DNA of 64,000 nt from Eledone cirrhosa (taxonomy: Eukaryota). The stretch spans positions 75,144,001-75,208,000 of the forward strand of contig OZ024740.1 in the NCBI GenBank assembly GCA_964016885.1. Reading direction: 5' to 3'. This document shows, in pieces, positions 1 through 13,654 of this stretch (positions are counted from its first letter, which is position 1; every line of letters starts with the position of its first letter). The translations under genes were made by a program, and so were the position numbers. Below the pieces are notes generated by a model. It did no database searches, was not told where the DNA came from, and worked only from the letters and a program-made list of their open reading frames with translations.

Positions 1-309
1 ATATGAGTTTCAGTATCCGATAACAGTAAGAGTCAGTGAAGCGCGTGCTCACATTAAATGTGGGGCGAAGACAAGATTATACTCCGCAATTAGGCTTGCA
101 TGCATTTACTTTCATAGTTGAATAGGTTTCCAAAATTCAACAGAAACTTGCCGACGTGGCGATACCAGTTGAAAAACTCTGATCTTGTATTTAAATATTT
201 TGGTGAGAAAATCCACACACAAACATACAGAAGAACGCACATAATACCCAATCACACACACACATAGATTCTCATACAATACACAAGTATTACATTATAC
301 ATAATTGTT

Positions 310-490
310 GTTCTTGGATCTCCGTCGGTTCCGATGACGAGTGTTCCAGTTGTTTGATGAACGGTACAGCCAGCTCCTAAAATTAGTATGCAAGTGGCTG
401 GAAATTTCAAAGACACTTGTTCCCTTTACGTATTTCTCAGGAAGATTCGTGACATAGAATCAGACATGGTTGAAAATCGAAACCCCTAGG
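310..490 (+). repeat. Diverged fragment of an interspersed SINE-like repeat
   Basis: A related sequence occurs in reverse orientation at ~29925-30005; no ORF. Confidence 0.35.
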
Positions 491-849
491 CTACATGTCT
501 CCATGCGGTATGACATAGGATGACATTGGATTGCAGAAGTGGCAGTTGACAGACAAATAAATTTTTTCTTTTACAAGTTTCAGTTATTTGATTACGGCTA
601 TGATGGGGCACCACCTTAGAGGGATTCATTCGATCATATCGATGGCAATACTTATATTTATTGTTCTCCTGTTGTTGAAGAGCTAAGTTACGGGATATAA
701 AACACAGATATAAATACACACACGTTGGATCCTTCATTTCCTTGTTTTTCTTCTCAAATTTGTGTCTTCATTTTTTTCTCTTTTACTGGGATAATATCGC
801 TATTACGATTAAAGTTAGGTTTTCTCGATACTATTACTGCTACTGAATA

Positions 850-1580
850 GATCAAATAATTCAGTTTGTTGATATTCAGGCAGTTTGTTACATCAGCAAT
901 TCTAATAGGGCCCAGTTTAGAGCTGTTTATTCCTCTGTAATTTGGATAGGTGTTTATATGGATTCTTGTCTATTTGATTTTCGTACTGTTATAGTAAAAC
1001 CCTCAGTGTTATTTCTAGTTGATCTATTATGCTGTGTGTTTTTATTTTTCTTGAGGTTATGCGTGGGATTAAGGATATATTTCTGTGGTGACTCTTTATA
1101 TGGTAATGTGTTTCTAGGGCCTTCATCTATTTGGGTTTTGGTTTTTGTTTGTCTGTGTATGGGCAGTTCTGTAGAATTTACCTTTTGGTTTGGATTCTCA
1201 CTTATTGTATGTGTGGTTACCTCTGTTGTGTTCCTGACTTTTATAGAGTTTTATATGTTTTGTTCTATTCTGCTGTTTTTCTATGTATCATGTTATTTTA
1301 TGGGATAAATGTTTCATGATATTTTCACTGTGTATTCTGTCTATAATTTGTTTATTTCTAATTTTGTTTTTTCTTAAAATACATATGCTTGCTAGTGTGT
1401 TTGGTATAATGATTTTCCTTGCATAGTTGTTCTTTCCCCCATTGAACAAATATATCTTTTATAATGCTTGTGGAGTTTGGATACAGTGCTGATGTGTAGA
1501 ATGCGTTCACTTTTAATTTTGCTTTTCATTTCGGCGTGGATATTAAGAAACGAGCCCGTCTGTTTAGTTTTTAAATAGTC
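850..1580 (-). pseudogene. Possible highly decayed Penelope-like RT/endonuclease remnant
   Basis: Minus frame near 1540-1575 reads YLKTKQTGSFLNIH, resembling the PLE RT thumb motif (YxKxTxxxxYLNxxS); A-rich coding-like strand with many stops. Confidence 0.25.
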
Positions 1581-2394
1581 TCTATTTTTATTGTTGAGAA
1601 ATTTGCTTCCGAGTATAGTTGATTTTGAACAAATTTAAAGCAAAGCAACGTATAGCGAATTTTAAATTATTTCGAGATTGTGTCGTTTTGTTTTGTTTTG
1701 AGAAGTTCGTATTTTTTTTATCCGTTTTGCTCATGTGGTTTCGTGGCGTGTATGTGTGCGTATGTGTGTATGTGTGAATGTGTATGCATGTGCGTGTTGG
1801 GGGGGGGGGGGGGGTACTCAAGTATGGGAGAGAGGCTATGTGCTGCAGTATTATCCCAGCAATTCGGAGGAGATAGAGACTTGAGAAGTGTGGTAACCTG
1901 TAGAATAGTGTACCAAAAGAAAGAAGGTACAAAACGTGAGTGAGCCCAGAAAAAAGGCCAGCAAAAGGATGTAAATACCCTAGGACGAGGGGCCAAATGC
2001 GTACAGAGTGCTTCAAATTTTCAACATAATATAGACACTAAAGGAGGTCGAATCACATACTGTACTGATTTTTTTAGATTTGAAAATAACCTAAGATCAT
2101 AAAATATTGATACTGACTATGTCAAAGTCTATCAACAGCTGAAAAATCACGGAACAGAGGATGTGGGGCCGCCATAGTTGGGATGATACTGAAAATATTC
2201 AAGGATAATTTCAGGTCATATAGGTTGTAGACAACGGTTGGATTCGTGGATTGCTTTGATTCTAACTTAGTGATGACTTGTTACACACCTGTGGGTGTGT
2301 TGCGCTTATCTCTTGTTTGTATATGTACCAGTTTTTAACTAAAACCTGTGTTAATATATTCTATTATGTTTTTGCCCTACCTTACTAGTTTGTA

Positions 2395-2513
2395 TGTATA
2401 CACACACACACACGTACTCACACATATACATACATGCGCACACACACACATATATATGTATGCATATATATATATAAATCCATACAGACTTACAGTCACA
2501 CACATACACACAA

Positions 2514-2602
<89 letters not shown>

Positions 2603-2655
2603 GCGCGCACGCATAAACACACACACTCACTCAGACACACACATACATATATATG
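2395..2655. repeat. Compound (CA)n/(TA)n microsatellite
   Basis: Seen directly. Confidence 0.95.
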
Positions 2656-3409
2656 TAGATCCTCACATGATCTGTAGCTCCACGTTATCTATTGTATGTA
2701 TTTGTATGTATAGACTATTATGACCAAAAAGAAAGTATTATTGTCAGTACTGAAGCTTTAAGAAAGGTCCTTTTAAGAAAGAAGTACAACTACTACAAAT
2801 ACAACAACAATGACAACAACAACTACAACAACTAGAGCAACTATAACAACTACAAATACGGTTATTCGATAGCTTTCCAAATTAACTCTCCTGTTTACAT
2901 TTTTTTAAAAACTTTATGTCGATTATTATGTACGGAGTTTGGGAGGAGTCGGGATGTTCAGCCTAAAAGGAACACCGTTCCTTATCAACACTCGTAAAGC
3001 AAAACAACACAAGTCTAAACTATGACAGCTTGGCTGTTTCTTCAACGAAAAGGCCAGACTGGAGCAGCATTGATGCCTGTATTGACACAGTTCTTATCAG
3101 GTTTAAACCAATACAGAAGCGGGCGACGAAAAAAGCTTTCCACTCTATTTCTCACTTGTTAGTAAACAAAACACAGACACACACAAACACAGAGAGAGGA
3201 AGATAGGGGGGGGGGGTAGAGAGAGGGTAGAGAGAGAGAGGGGGGATATAGAGAGGGGATAGAGAGAGACGGGGAGATAGAGAGAGAAAGTGAAAGAATG
3301 TGTGAAAGAGAGTGAGATTAAGTGAGAGAGAAAGAGAGCGAGAGAAGGAAAGAAAGAGAGAGCGAAAATAGCGAGAGAGAAAGATAGAGAGAGAGTGAAA
3401 CATAGATAT

Positions 3410-4502
3410 GTTTCTTTTATTTGCCACCAGGGCATCAAAAGTGGGACAAGTACAAGGGGGGAGTTTACACAAAAAGGCGTCCTCAATAAGGAGGAGGCAA
3501 TAACAATATATAAAAATAATATATAACAAAAAATAAAATTTATAACAAAATCCTCAGTAGAGAGGAGGCGCCTTGGGGGGTCGCACACACCCCCTAAAAA
3601 AGTGTGCAACCCTTTTCCTCAGGAGCACAGAGAGGGGGTGCTCCCTCGTTCCTTCCTCTTTTCCACCTACAGGCTTATGTAAAGAGAAGGCCCATTCACA
3701 CGGGCCATTCTCGCCACTTTCACCCACCTTTCATAAAAACGACTGGGGTGGAGCACCTCTCTCTCCATCCTGATCCTTCTTCCGAAATGATATCGGAAGA
3801 AACGGACCAGTTGTTGGCCAGAGAGAAATGTGCCTGACCTCAGTCCTTTCAGACGCGTCCACCATACAACCTCTTTCGCCATGGCTATTACGCACAGAAA
3901 CACCGCCTCTGTTTCATCTTTGATGGGGGGAGGCGGCTTGATCATTACAATAGACTCGGTGGTCAACCGGATCGGTCCCACCCTTGACAGCAGTTGTTCG
4001 ACATAGCCCCACAGATCAGCTACGCCCGAGCAGTGTACCAATGCGTGTGCAACGGTTTCCTCGTCGCACACGCATCTGGGACAGATCTTTTTGGCGGGGT
4101 CCCTACCCGGGCGCCCGTGTCTGTAGAGCTTTTCTCGAACGGGTAGAGCCCCTCGGTAGCACTGCCAGGCCAGGGACTTCTGGAAGTTGTCCATAGGTCC
4201 CGGGCTGAATGTCCTACCGAACAGGATGGCCAGTTCGTCCTCCTCCATGTCTAGGGCTTCCCCGAGGGCGTCGTCGCACCTGCTGCGTACCAGCCCTCTA
4301 TAGAATGTTGCGGTGGAGTCTCCACTGATAACCGGATCCGCCTGCCAGAGGGCGGTGAGCGCCTGGGCACACTCAGTGTGCCAGGCGCCCAGTTTTCTCG
4401 GTCTTTGCTTGACCCAGGATTGCAGCTCGGTGAGTGAGACGAGTCTGGGAAAGGTTCGTCTCACAAACGAGGCCCACACCGGTTGACCGGTTAGGAATAC
4501 GT
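3410..4502 (-). mobile_element. 5'-truncated Tx1-like non-LTR retrotransposon (3' end of ORF2 plus 3'UTR) with a 20-bp target-site duplication
   Basis: 3667-4490 encodes FQKSLAWQCYRGALPVR...CPRCVCDEETVAHALVHC, homologous to ORF2 at 16688-20107; direct repeat agagagtgaaacatagatat at 3390-3409 and 4503-4522. Confidence 0.92.
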
Positions 4503-4522
4503 AGAGAGTGAAACATAGATAT

Positions 4523-5150
4523 ATAGATAGATAGAGAAAGACAGAGAAAGTGAGAAAGATAGAGAGAGAAAGTGAAAGAATGTATGAAAGGTAGATATAT
4601 AGATAGATAGATAGATAGATAGATAGAGAGTGAGAGAGTGAGAGAGAGAGAGAGAAAGAGAGAGAGAGAAAGAATGTGTGAAAGAGAGTGAGACAGAGAA
4701 AGTATGAAAGATAGTGAGAGTGAGTGAAAGAGAAAGAGACTGAGAGTGAGTGAGAGAGAAAGAGACTGAGAGTGAGAGAGAGAGAGAAAGAGAGTGAGAG
4801 AGAAAGCGACTGAGAGTGAGTGAGAGAGAAAGAGACTGAGAGTGTGAGAGAGAGAGAGAAAGGGAGTGAGAGAGAAAGGGAGTGAGAGAGAAAGAGACTG
4901 AGAGTGTGAGAGAGAGAGAGACTGAGAGTGAGAGAGAGAGAGAGAAAGGGAGTGAGAGAGAAAAAGACTGAGAGTGTGAGAGAGAGAGAAAGAGAGTGAG
5001 AGAGAAAGAGACAGAGAGTGAGTGAGAAAGAAAGAGAGTGAGAGTGAGAGAGAGAGAGAGAAAGAGAGTGAGAGAGAAAGAGACTGAGAGTGAGTGAGAA
5101 AGAAAGAGAGTGAGAGTAAATGAGAAAGAAAGAGGGTGAGAAAAATAGCG
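4523..5150. repeat. Degenerate (GA)n/(GATA)n compound microsatellite
   Basis: Seen directly; source of the long spurious Ser/Leu ORFs. Confidence 0.95.
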
Positions 5151-5367
5151 TGAGAAGGGGAACGCCATTCACTAATGTGGAAAAATGGCGGAGGGGGAAG
5201 TAAAAAAAAGGAAAGAAAACGTATAATAAATAAAGTTAAAAAGTTAAAACTCCGTGTCAAGACTTTCACTGATGAAATGAGAATAGTGTTTACATACACA
5301 CACACACATACACACACACACACATACATACACACATATATATATATGAGTGTGTGTGTGTGCGCGC

Positions 5368-5411
<44 letters not shown>

Positions 5412-5509
5412 GTGTCTGTGTGTGTGTCTGTGTGTTTGGGAATGTATATATATATATATATATATATACATGCCCAAACAGACACACTCACACGCACATA
5501 TATATATGT

Positions 5510-6565
5510 ACACACACTCTCACACTCATTCATTCACACACACACACATACAAACACCCACGCACACCCACACTCTTTCACACACACACACATACAGACA
5601 CCCACAGACTCCCACACTCATTCATTCACACACACATACAGACACCCACACACTCCCACACTCATTCATTCACACACACAGACATACAGACACCCACTCA
5701 CTCCTACACTCATTCACACACGCACACACACACACATACAGACACCCACACACTCCCACACTCATTCATTCACACACACAGACATACAGACACCCACACA
5801 CTCTCACACTCATTCACACACACACATACAGACACCCACACACTCCCACACTCATTCATTCACACACACAGACATACAGACACCCACACACTCTCACACT
5901 CATTCACACACACACACACATACAGACACCCACACACTCCCACACTCATTTACACACACACACACACATACAGACACCCACACACTCCCACACTCATTCA
6001 TTCACACACACACATACAGACACCCACACACTCCCACACTCATTCATTCACACACACACACATACACACACATACACACACATACAGACACCCACACACT
6101 CCCACACTCATTCATTCACACACACATACACACACACTCAGACACCCACACACTCCCACACTCATTCATTCACACACACATACACACACACACACACAGG
6201 CACACACACACTCCCACACTCATTCATTCACACACACACATACACACACATACAGACACCCACACACTCCCACACTCATTCATTCACACACACATACACA
6301 CACACACACAGACACCCACACACTCCCACACTCATTCATTCACACACACACACATACATATATACAGACACCCACACACTCCCACACTCATTCATTCATA
6401 CATACACACACACACACACAGACACCCACACACTCCCACACTCATTCATTCACACGCACACACATATATACAGACACCCACACACTCCCACACTCATTCA
6501 TTCATACATACACACACACACAGAACCCACACACTCCCACACTCATTCACACACACACACACATG
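5510..6565. repeat. CA-rich minisatellite, unit ~42-60 bp (acagacacccacacactcccacactcattcattc + (ac)n)
   Basis: About 20 tandem units with a constant core and variable CA length. Confidence 0.93.
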
Positions 6566-6619
6566 TGCACACTGACACACTTACTCGTTCACCCTCACAA
6601 CACTCGCGCACATTCACAA

Positions 6620-8600
6620 TTGTGATGAACGAAACAAGAAGCATTCAATACCGGGTGATATAGTTTATTGGTTAAGTATGTTAGAGTCAGGACATATTTT
6701 TATCCTATAAGGATATATATTTATCCTTATCGAGCCCTCTTTGGATTTTAGTCTTCAAATTTATTATTATTACTATATATATATAATATATGAATAAATG
6801 AGTACAAATTATACGCAAGTAAACATACATAAAAGCGGCTGAGAGACAACAGAACATATCTGGAGTTGAAAACGCAAGCGACAAGTGATATCAGGTAGTG
6901 AAAGAAAAATAGGAAGTAAAATATGTAAAAGTAAAATTGTGAAGATATAAAGTAAGTGAATCAAAAAGAAGGTGGGGGGGTGGGGGGGTCACTGGTGGAT
7001 GTGAAGTAAAAATAAAGTTAAAAATAAAAATAAAAGTAAATCAGAAAGAGAAGTCTGTAAAGAGGGTAATTTAAGGAAAGTGAAGAACAATAGTTTATGG
7101 AGGATAAGTATCTGAAAGTGAGTTAAGTTTATATGAGCTGGAAAGCAAGTGTGATTTCATGTGTGGGCAACTGGTGAAAATTTCTGCTTTTGCATTTAGG
7201 CAGGTTTTTGGTGATTTAAGGTTCTGTAAAATCCAATATTTTTCACTTATGCAGAGTGCACATCTTCTTGTTCCTCTTGTATATTCTTTAGATTGGTTCA
7301 AAATTGACCAATCTAATTTATATTGGATACCTTGGTCTTTCAAATCCCATATTCTGTTAGCCAGAGCTGTTGTAAATCTGTTTTCAGGGTGTCGGAAAGA
7401 TGCGACATGTGAGTAATAACGCGTTTTGAATTTGTCTTGTGTCATACCCACATATCGTTCGCTGGTGGTTGGTTGGTTGTTGCTGGTGGTTGTCACTTTA
7501 GTCGCATATACAATGGCTTTGGTGTTGCATTTACCTTGTAATGGGCATTCACTTTTGACTCTACAGGAGCAATTTTGATGTTCTCTGGGTATTTTCTTAT
7601 TGAGGATATAAGATTTAATAGGGGGACCGCAGGAGTAGCTGATTTTGACACAGTTTCTATTGAGGATCTTATAGTATCTATGTGTTCTAGGGAAATGTTT
7701 ATCTAAGAGCTCTAGGAACTTTTTGCCTACATTAGTTTTAACTGCTAAAGAGTAGGTGTGAACCAGATTATTTTTCTTTTCCTATTATTATGTTTAAAGG
7801 AGTTAGTATTGCTGGGTATGTACTTAATCGGTTCGGTAAATCCGCTATTTTGAAGGGCTTTATTATAGTAGGGGGTGCCTTATTTAAAATAGCTTCTGAG
7901 GAAGAGAGGGTGGAGATCCTACGGCTAATATTAGGGATAAGATTTTTAAAACTATAGGAGGATGGCAAGAGCCTTTAGTTATATATTTTAAATTTTCATT
8001 AGGTTTATGGTACGGTTTATAAGAAGCAATAGGCAGATCTAGGTTTATATCTAAAAAATTAACATTGGAAAGGTTAGTGTCAATGGTAATTTTAAGATAA
8101 AAACTAGCGAAGGTTTTTATTAAGTCTTTCCTTAATGTATCTAAGTTATGGCCTATAGTGGTATGGGAAAGTATTAGACCATCCTCGCAATAAAGCCCAA
8201 AGGTATGGTTAGGGAATTTCTCTTTAAGTGTGTGTAAGAGGAATAGGCCGACTAAATCACATACGTCAGCACTGTCAAAAGAACCCATTGAGACATCGAA
8301 TGGGTTCTCTGGGTTAGATATTTTTACCCAAATGTCATTATTAGTAAATAGTAAAGTGTTTCTAGCATGCAAAATGACATTCTCTTCAATATCAGAAATA
8401 TTGATAAACTTTCTAGCGAAATTTAAGGCTTTCGTTAAAAGAGCGTGAGTAATAGACGGGTAGAAGTCTACAATGTCAAATTGGGTGAATCTAGAACTAT
8501 TTTTATCTTTAATATTATTAAACCAATGTACTACGGAAGAGCTATTTATCCATTGGAGTAATTCAGACTTACTTATAATATGTTTGTTTATATTATTTAA
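6620..8600 (-). mobile_element. Decayed Penelope-like element: RT followed by a C-terminal GIY-YIG endonuclease
   Basis: Frameshifted ORF pieces: QFDIVDFYPSI, SMGSFDSADVCDLVGLFLL, GLYCEDGL (decayed YRDD), VNFLDINLDL, YVGMTQDKFKTRY...CALCISEK; degenerate HHR-like hairpin near 6690-6745. Confidence 0.9.
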
Positions 8601-9291
8601 TATTTTTTTGTATGTATGTACGCATGTATGTGCTTTTGTCTGAACGTATTTATATATATATATTTATATATATATATATGTATGTACAAACCTATGTTTG
8701 TTTTCTATTTTTTCTAGCGTTACTTTATAATTGATAACCCCCCCTCTTACTTTCTCTTTGAATTAATTTTTTTATTCTCATATATTTTTTCATTTTTTCT
8801 TTTTTATATATGTATCGACCTTCAGTCTGACACTGCTTTGACTGATACACTCCCTTCCCTGTATATATCACTCGCATGTATGTGGTTGCGCGTGTGTGCG
8901 TGTGTTTATACGCGTGCTTTCATACTTGTATGTGTATATATTTCAATCCTTAGTACCTGAGTCTGGATGTACATTAACTTTATTATCTTACAATTTATTT
9001 TTCAACATATATTATATACGTATTTGTGGTCACACATACCACTAATATGCTTGCCCTCATATATGTACTTATGCACACATTTTTTCACTATACACATGCA
9101 TTTGTACATACACACATATGTACATTTGTGAGTGAATATACACACATTTATACATATACCCTAACTATATTTCCTTATTTTATTTTATATATCTGTTGCA
9201 TTGCTTTTATTTATATATTTTTTTGCCCATTAAACTTTTGCTTTTCTTGAGTAGATTTTTCAAATATTTCACTACGTTTTAAGTTGCCTTG

Positions 9292-9357
9292 TCTGACGAA
9301 CGAATGAGGACGTTTCTTCTATTCGTCTTATTCGGGAAACCTCTCGTAATGAGGTAA
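9292..9357 (+). ncRNA. Minimal type I hammerhead ribozyme motif (pLTR-like segment inverted relative to the upstream PLE)
   Basis: CTGACGA - stem II cgaatgaggacg/cgtcttattcg - GAAA - stem III cctc/gagg - GTA. Confidence 0.75.
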
Positions 9358-9498
9358 TTATATTGTATTGTTTATTATACATTAAATTTAGCTGTGGTAC
9401 TTAAATAGAGCACTCTTCACTCCTATGACTTTTTCAATTTTCAACGGAAACTTCAATACTTATATATATATATATATACATACATATATATATAAATT

Positions 9499-9537
<39 letters not shown>

Positions 9538-9628
9538 GCAAACACACACACATATAGTTGAAAATGAACGAAACCACGGGAGGCATTTGTGCACAGTTAT
9601 ATTAGGTTCACGCTTGGTGAAAGTGGAG

Positions 9629-9669
<41 letters not shown>

Positions 9670-9716
9670 TATATATGTGTGTGTGTGTGTGTATGGAGGA
9701 TATCTATCTATATAAT

Positions 9717-9907
9717 AATAATTGTTTCTACTTTTGGCACAACGCCAGCAATTACCCATTAATTACTGGTACTTTATTTTATCGACGCCGTAAGGATGAA
9801 AGGCAAATTTAACCTCGACGGAGATGAACTCAGAACGTAAAGGGCCATAACACTATACTGCAAAGCATAATGTCTGGCGCTCTACCGATACTGCCAAACC
9901 ACAGCCC

Positions 9908-9908
<1 letters not shown>
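9717..9908 (-). mobile_element. tRNA-derived SINE (abundant family in this window)
   Basis: A-box-like TGGCAGTATCGG, B-box-like GAGTTCA, conserved core tttgcctttcatccttacgg..tcgataaaataaagtacc shared with the other copies. Confidence 0.9.

Positions 9909-9962
<54 letters not shown>
9908..9962. repeat. (AAT)n microsatellite, left edge of the retrotransposon array
   Basis: Seen directly. Confidence 0.97.
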
Positions 9963-9963
<1 letters not shown>

Positions 9964-10214
9964 CTTTCTTTATTAACCACAAGGGTTTACACAAAGTAGA
10001 CATTAAGGACAGTACAAGACAATACAGGACGGTACAAAAGGGCATTTCTGCGTCTAAAAAAAACAAAAAACAGAGGATGTAATAATAGAACAATGAAAAA
10101 ATTCCCCAATAGGGGGGAGACTTCCGAGGGACATTCGTGGAGAAAGCCCATTAAAAAGCCACAGTGACCCTGACCACCAGGGCAAGTGCCCTCTCCCAGT
10201 TTTCAACCTTTAAT

Positions 10215-13200
10215 TTACAGACACATACTCAGAGTAGGCCCATTCACTCGGGCCATTCTTGCCTCTCTCACCCATCTTTCAACAAAATGCTGGGAAGAGA
10301 TCACTTCTCTCTCTACCCTGATTTTCCTTTTCAAATGAAATTTGAAAAAGTTAATCAGGGCATCACCGAAGAGGTAAGTGCTCGTTTTCAGCCCTTTCAA
10401 ACGTGTCCACCATACTATTTCTTTCGCCATGGCCACCAGACAGATAACAACTTCCTGCCCTTCCCGGCTAAAGGAAGAGGGCGGGGCAATCCTCACGATG
10501 GACTCAGCTGATAGCTGGATCCGTCCTACACGCGACAGCAGGTGTTCGACATAAACCCACAAGTCAGCAATGTTCGGACACTGGACGAGTGCGTGCAGTA
10601 TGGTTTCGTCGCCCTGCGCGCATCTCGGACATGCCCGACTGACGGCACCTCCATGCCTGTAGAGTTTATCCCGAACTGGCAAAGCTCCTCGGTAGCACTG
10701 CCAGGCCAGGAATTTCTGGAAGTTGTCCATAGGCCCCGGCCCGAAAGTTCTTCCGAAGAGATTGGCTAGTTGATTTTCGTCGACGCCTAGAGTTTCTCCA
10801 AGTACGTCGTCGCCCTTCCCCTCCACTAATCCTCTATAGAAAGCCAAGGTGGAGTTTCCACCGATCACATTGCCCGATTGGTCTAGGGCTGTGAGCGCCT
10901 GAAGACATTCCAGTCTCCAAGCGCTCCCTTTCGGTCTTCGCTTGACCCAGGACTGCAGCTCCGTCAAGGAGACGAGCTGGGTAAAGACGCGTCTAGCAAA
11001 CGGCGACCACACCTGAGCACCGTCGAGGAAGAGGTGGAGATGTCGTAGCCTGAGCCCGTGTCTGCGCATCATCAGCCACAGCATGCCCAGCCCTCCACGT
11101 AGCGGGTGTTGACAGCAGATGGACCGCCTGACCATCGGAGGGCGTCCCTTCCACAAAAATCGAAAGAGCAAACGCTCCAGCGCAGTCAGGCGGGGCTTAG
11201 GACAAGGTACGACGGTCAGGCGGTAGTAGATGACGGACGCGATGTACGCGTTAGCCACCTCCGCTCGACCTTTCAGGGATAGCTTCTCTCCGCCCATTTC
11301 TGGGTGAGAGAAGCCACCCTGCTCGTCACCTCGTCCCAGTTTTTGTCCGTCTGGAGGTCCGGACCGAACCAGACCCCTAGCAATTTAACCGGTCCGTCCG
11401 TCCAGCGTCCGACGACGCTGTTGGACGGCATCGACCTGCCTCTCCATGTGCCGAGCTGCAGGCCCACTGACTTTTCCTGGTTGATCATTGCTCCTGTCAC
11501 CGCTTCGTATTCTCTTAGTGTAGTGCCGATCGCCTCGATGTGTTTGGCGTTCGACACCACTTCGGTGACATTGTCCGCATATGCTGACACGGATCTTCCG
11601 CATCCTAGTTCGCGCGGTACCCCCTCAACGTCTACAGTTTGTGCAGTAATGGCTCGAGAGTCAATACATACAAGAGGGACGAGAGGGGACATCCTTGGCG
11701 GACCAAGCGCATGATATTGAACGGTTCCGAAAGGTGACCGTTCACTCTCACCACAGAGCAGATGTCGCTGTGCACGGCAGCGATCCAGCCTCTGAAGACG
11801 GGCCCACAGCCAGCCGCCTTCAGGACTGCTGCTAGGTAACGATGGTCGAAAGCCTATCGAAAGCTTTCGACTGATCTAAATTGATCAAGGACCCCGTGCC
11901 AAGTTCCCTAGCTACCCTCTCTACGATGTATCGCATGAGGTGGAGGTTGTCGTGGATGGATCTGTCGGGAATGGCGCATGTCTGCGCCTCTCCCACCAGA
12001 CCACCAACGACAACCGCCAACCTCTTTGAGAGCACCTTGGCCAAAATCTTGAACTCTGTGTTTAGCAGAGTTATGGGTCTAACATTATCTATGTTATCCC
12101 CCTTGTTCGGATCCTTTCTCAGCAGCGCCACAGCTCCTCGGCTCACAGAGCTGGGAATTCTCCCGTTCTGTTGCCAGTTGCAGTAGACGTCCGCCAAGAG
12201 GCCTCCGAACAAGTCTGGCATCTGTACATAAAGTTCATAGGGCAGACCATCCAAACCAGGCGATTTACCCCTTGAGCAGCCAGTCATTGCCTCCCGTACT
12301 TCAGCGGCTGTTATTGGCTTTTCGCAACATTCCGCCTCAGTGGCCGAGAGCCGCGGCAGTCCGTCGAGGTAGACACTAAAGTCCATCCCTCGATCTGGCC
12401 CGCCGCTGCCCTCGAACAACTGTGCGAAGTGTCGCTGAAAAGCTTCACACATTTGCCCGGGATCGAGTAGCATGCGCCCGTCGTGGTCCACCAAAGACCG
12501 GATCGTGGCTTTGTTGCCACGACGCGCCTCCGCCACTCGGGCTCATTGAACGGCTTTCGTCCCCTCGTGTCTGAGAGCATGCACCCTAGCTCTGACAAGG
12601 CAGCCTTCGTGCTTTGCATTGAAGAATTTGTCAAGGGCCAATTTCGCCGCAGGTACGTCGGTCGCGATGCCTTTGCTAAGCGCCTCGTCTAATTTTCTAA
12701 CTAGTTCTCCCTCTGCTCTATTTTTCTTTATTGCTAAAGCCTTACTAAACCTAATGGACTCTATTCTAATCGCTCTTTTCAGAGCAAACCACCACTTGTT
12801 GTTGACGATGGCCCCCGTCAACGCCCGCTTAACTAGTTCGCTAATCCGGTCTCTGTAGGCCTTGCGCGCTGGTAAGGACGCGTTTAGCTTCCAGTAGCCG
12901 GGTCCTCGTCTATGAAGCCTATCTAAGTCAAGCACACAGATCACGAATTTGTGGTCCGTGTCGCTGACTATCTTGAATTGTGGACAGCCTATGCTAGACC
13001 TATCTATTTCCCTACAAAATACTCTATCTAGATATGATCTGGATGACCCGATACGATTTGTCCAAGTCCACATTGGCACATTCAGGAAATCCAATCGGTA
13101 CCTGTCAGACAGTTCAAAACGCCTGAGCAGGTTGGTGAGGCTCTTGCACCCTCCTCCCCTATCCGCTAATCCCACACAGTCCCAGCGTGCATCTAAGATC

Positions 13201-13620
13201 CCGTTCCACTAACACCAAAGAGTGGGACGTTCCAAGAAAGGTCTCCAGACGCCGGAAGAAATCAGGCCGCCCTGCTCCTATCGGCATAGACAGCCACTAG
13301 CCTGAAAGCTTGCCCGTCTCCGCTGGTCACGTCCAGCACCACCAACTTACCCTCTGGGTCCAGGAAGATGGCCCGTATGGCGAGATCCAAACCTCTCCGA
13401 AAAAGCACAGCAAGTCCTCCCCCCGATCCAGGACGGCTGGAGATGCGTACACATCGTAGCCGCCGAAGATCGGTGCGAAGGACCGTGCTTCGGAGATTCT
13501 GGTCTCGCTGATGGCCACTACATCTATGTTTAGTGACCTGAGGTCGTTGAGCAGGTGGCCCTGCTTCCATGACGACCCCAATCCACGCGCATTTATGCTG
13601 CCTATTCTGAGTGAGGTCAT
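10215..13620 (-). pseudogene. Tx1-like ORF2 (APE-RT-zinc finger), frameshifted
   Basis: Consecutive ORF pieces align nearly identically to the 1139-aa ORF at 16688-20107; YADD mutated to YADN; several small indels and a stop. Confidence 0.95.
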
Positions 13621-13654
13621 GTTGAAATGGAGCGGAAAAGATGGGAAAGACCAC

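Noticed and set aside
5510-6565. Repeat-spacer-like periodicity suggesting a CRISPR array
   Set aside because: The intervening sequence is variable-length CA, not unique spacers; eukaryotic context and no cas genes.
4373-6663. Long ORFs of 225-501 aa rich in HT, SL or CV
   Set aside because: Translations of GA and CA micro/minisatellites that lack stop codons; only the 3667-4490 part is real (Tx1 remnant).
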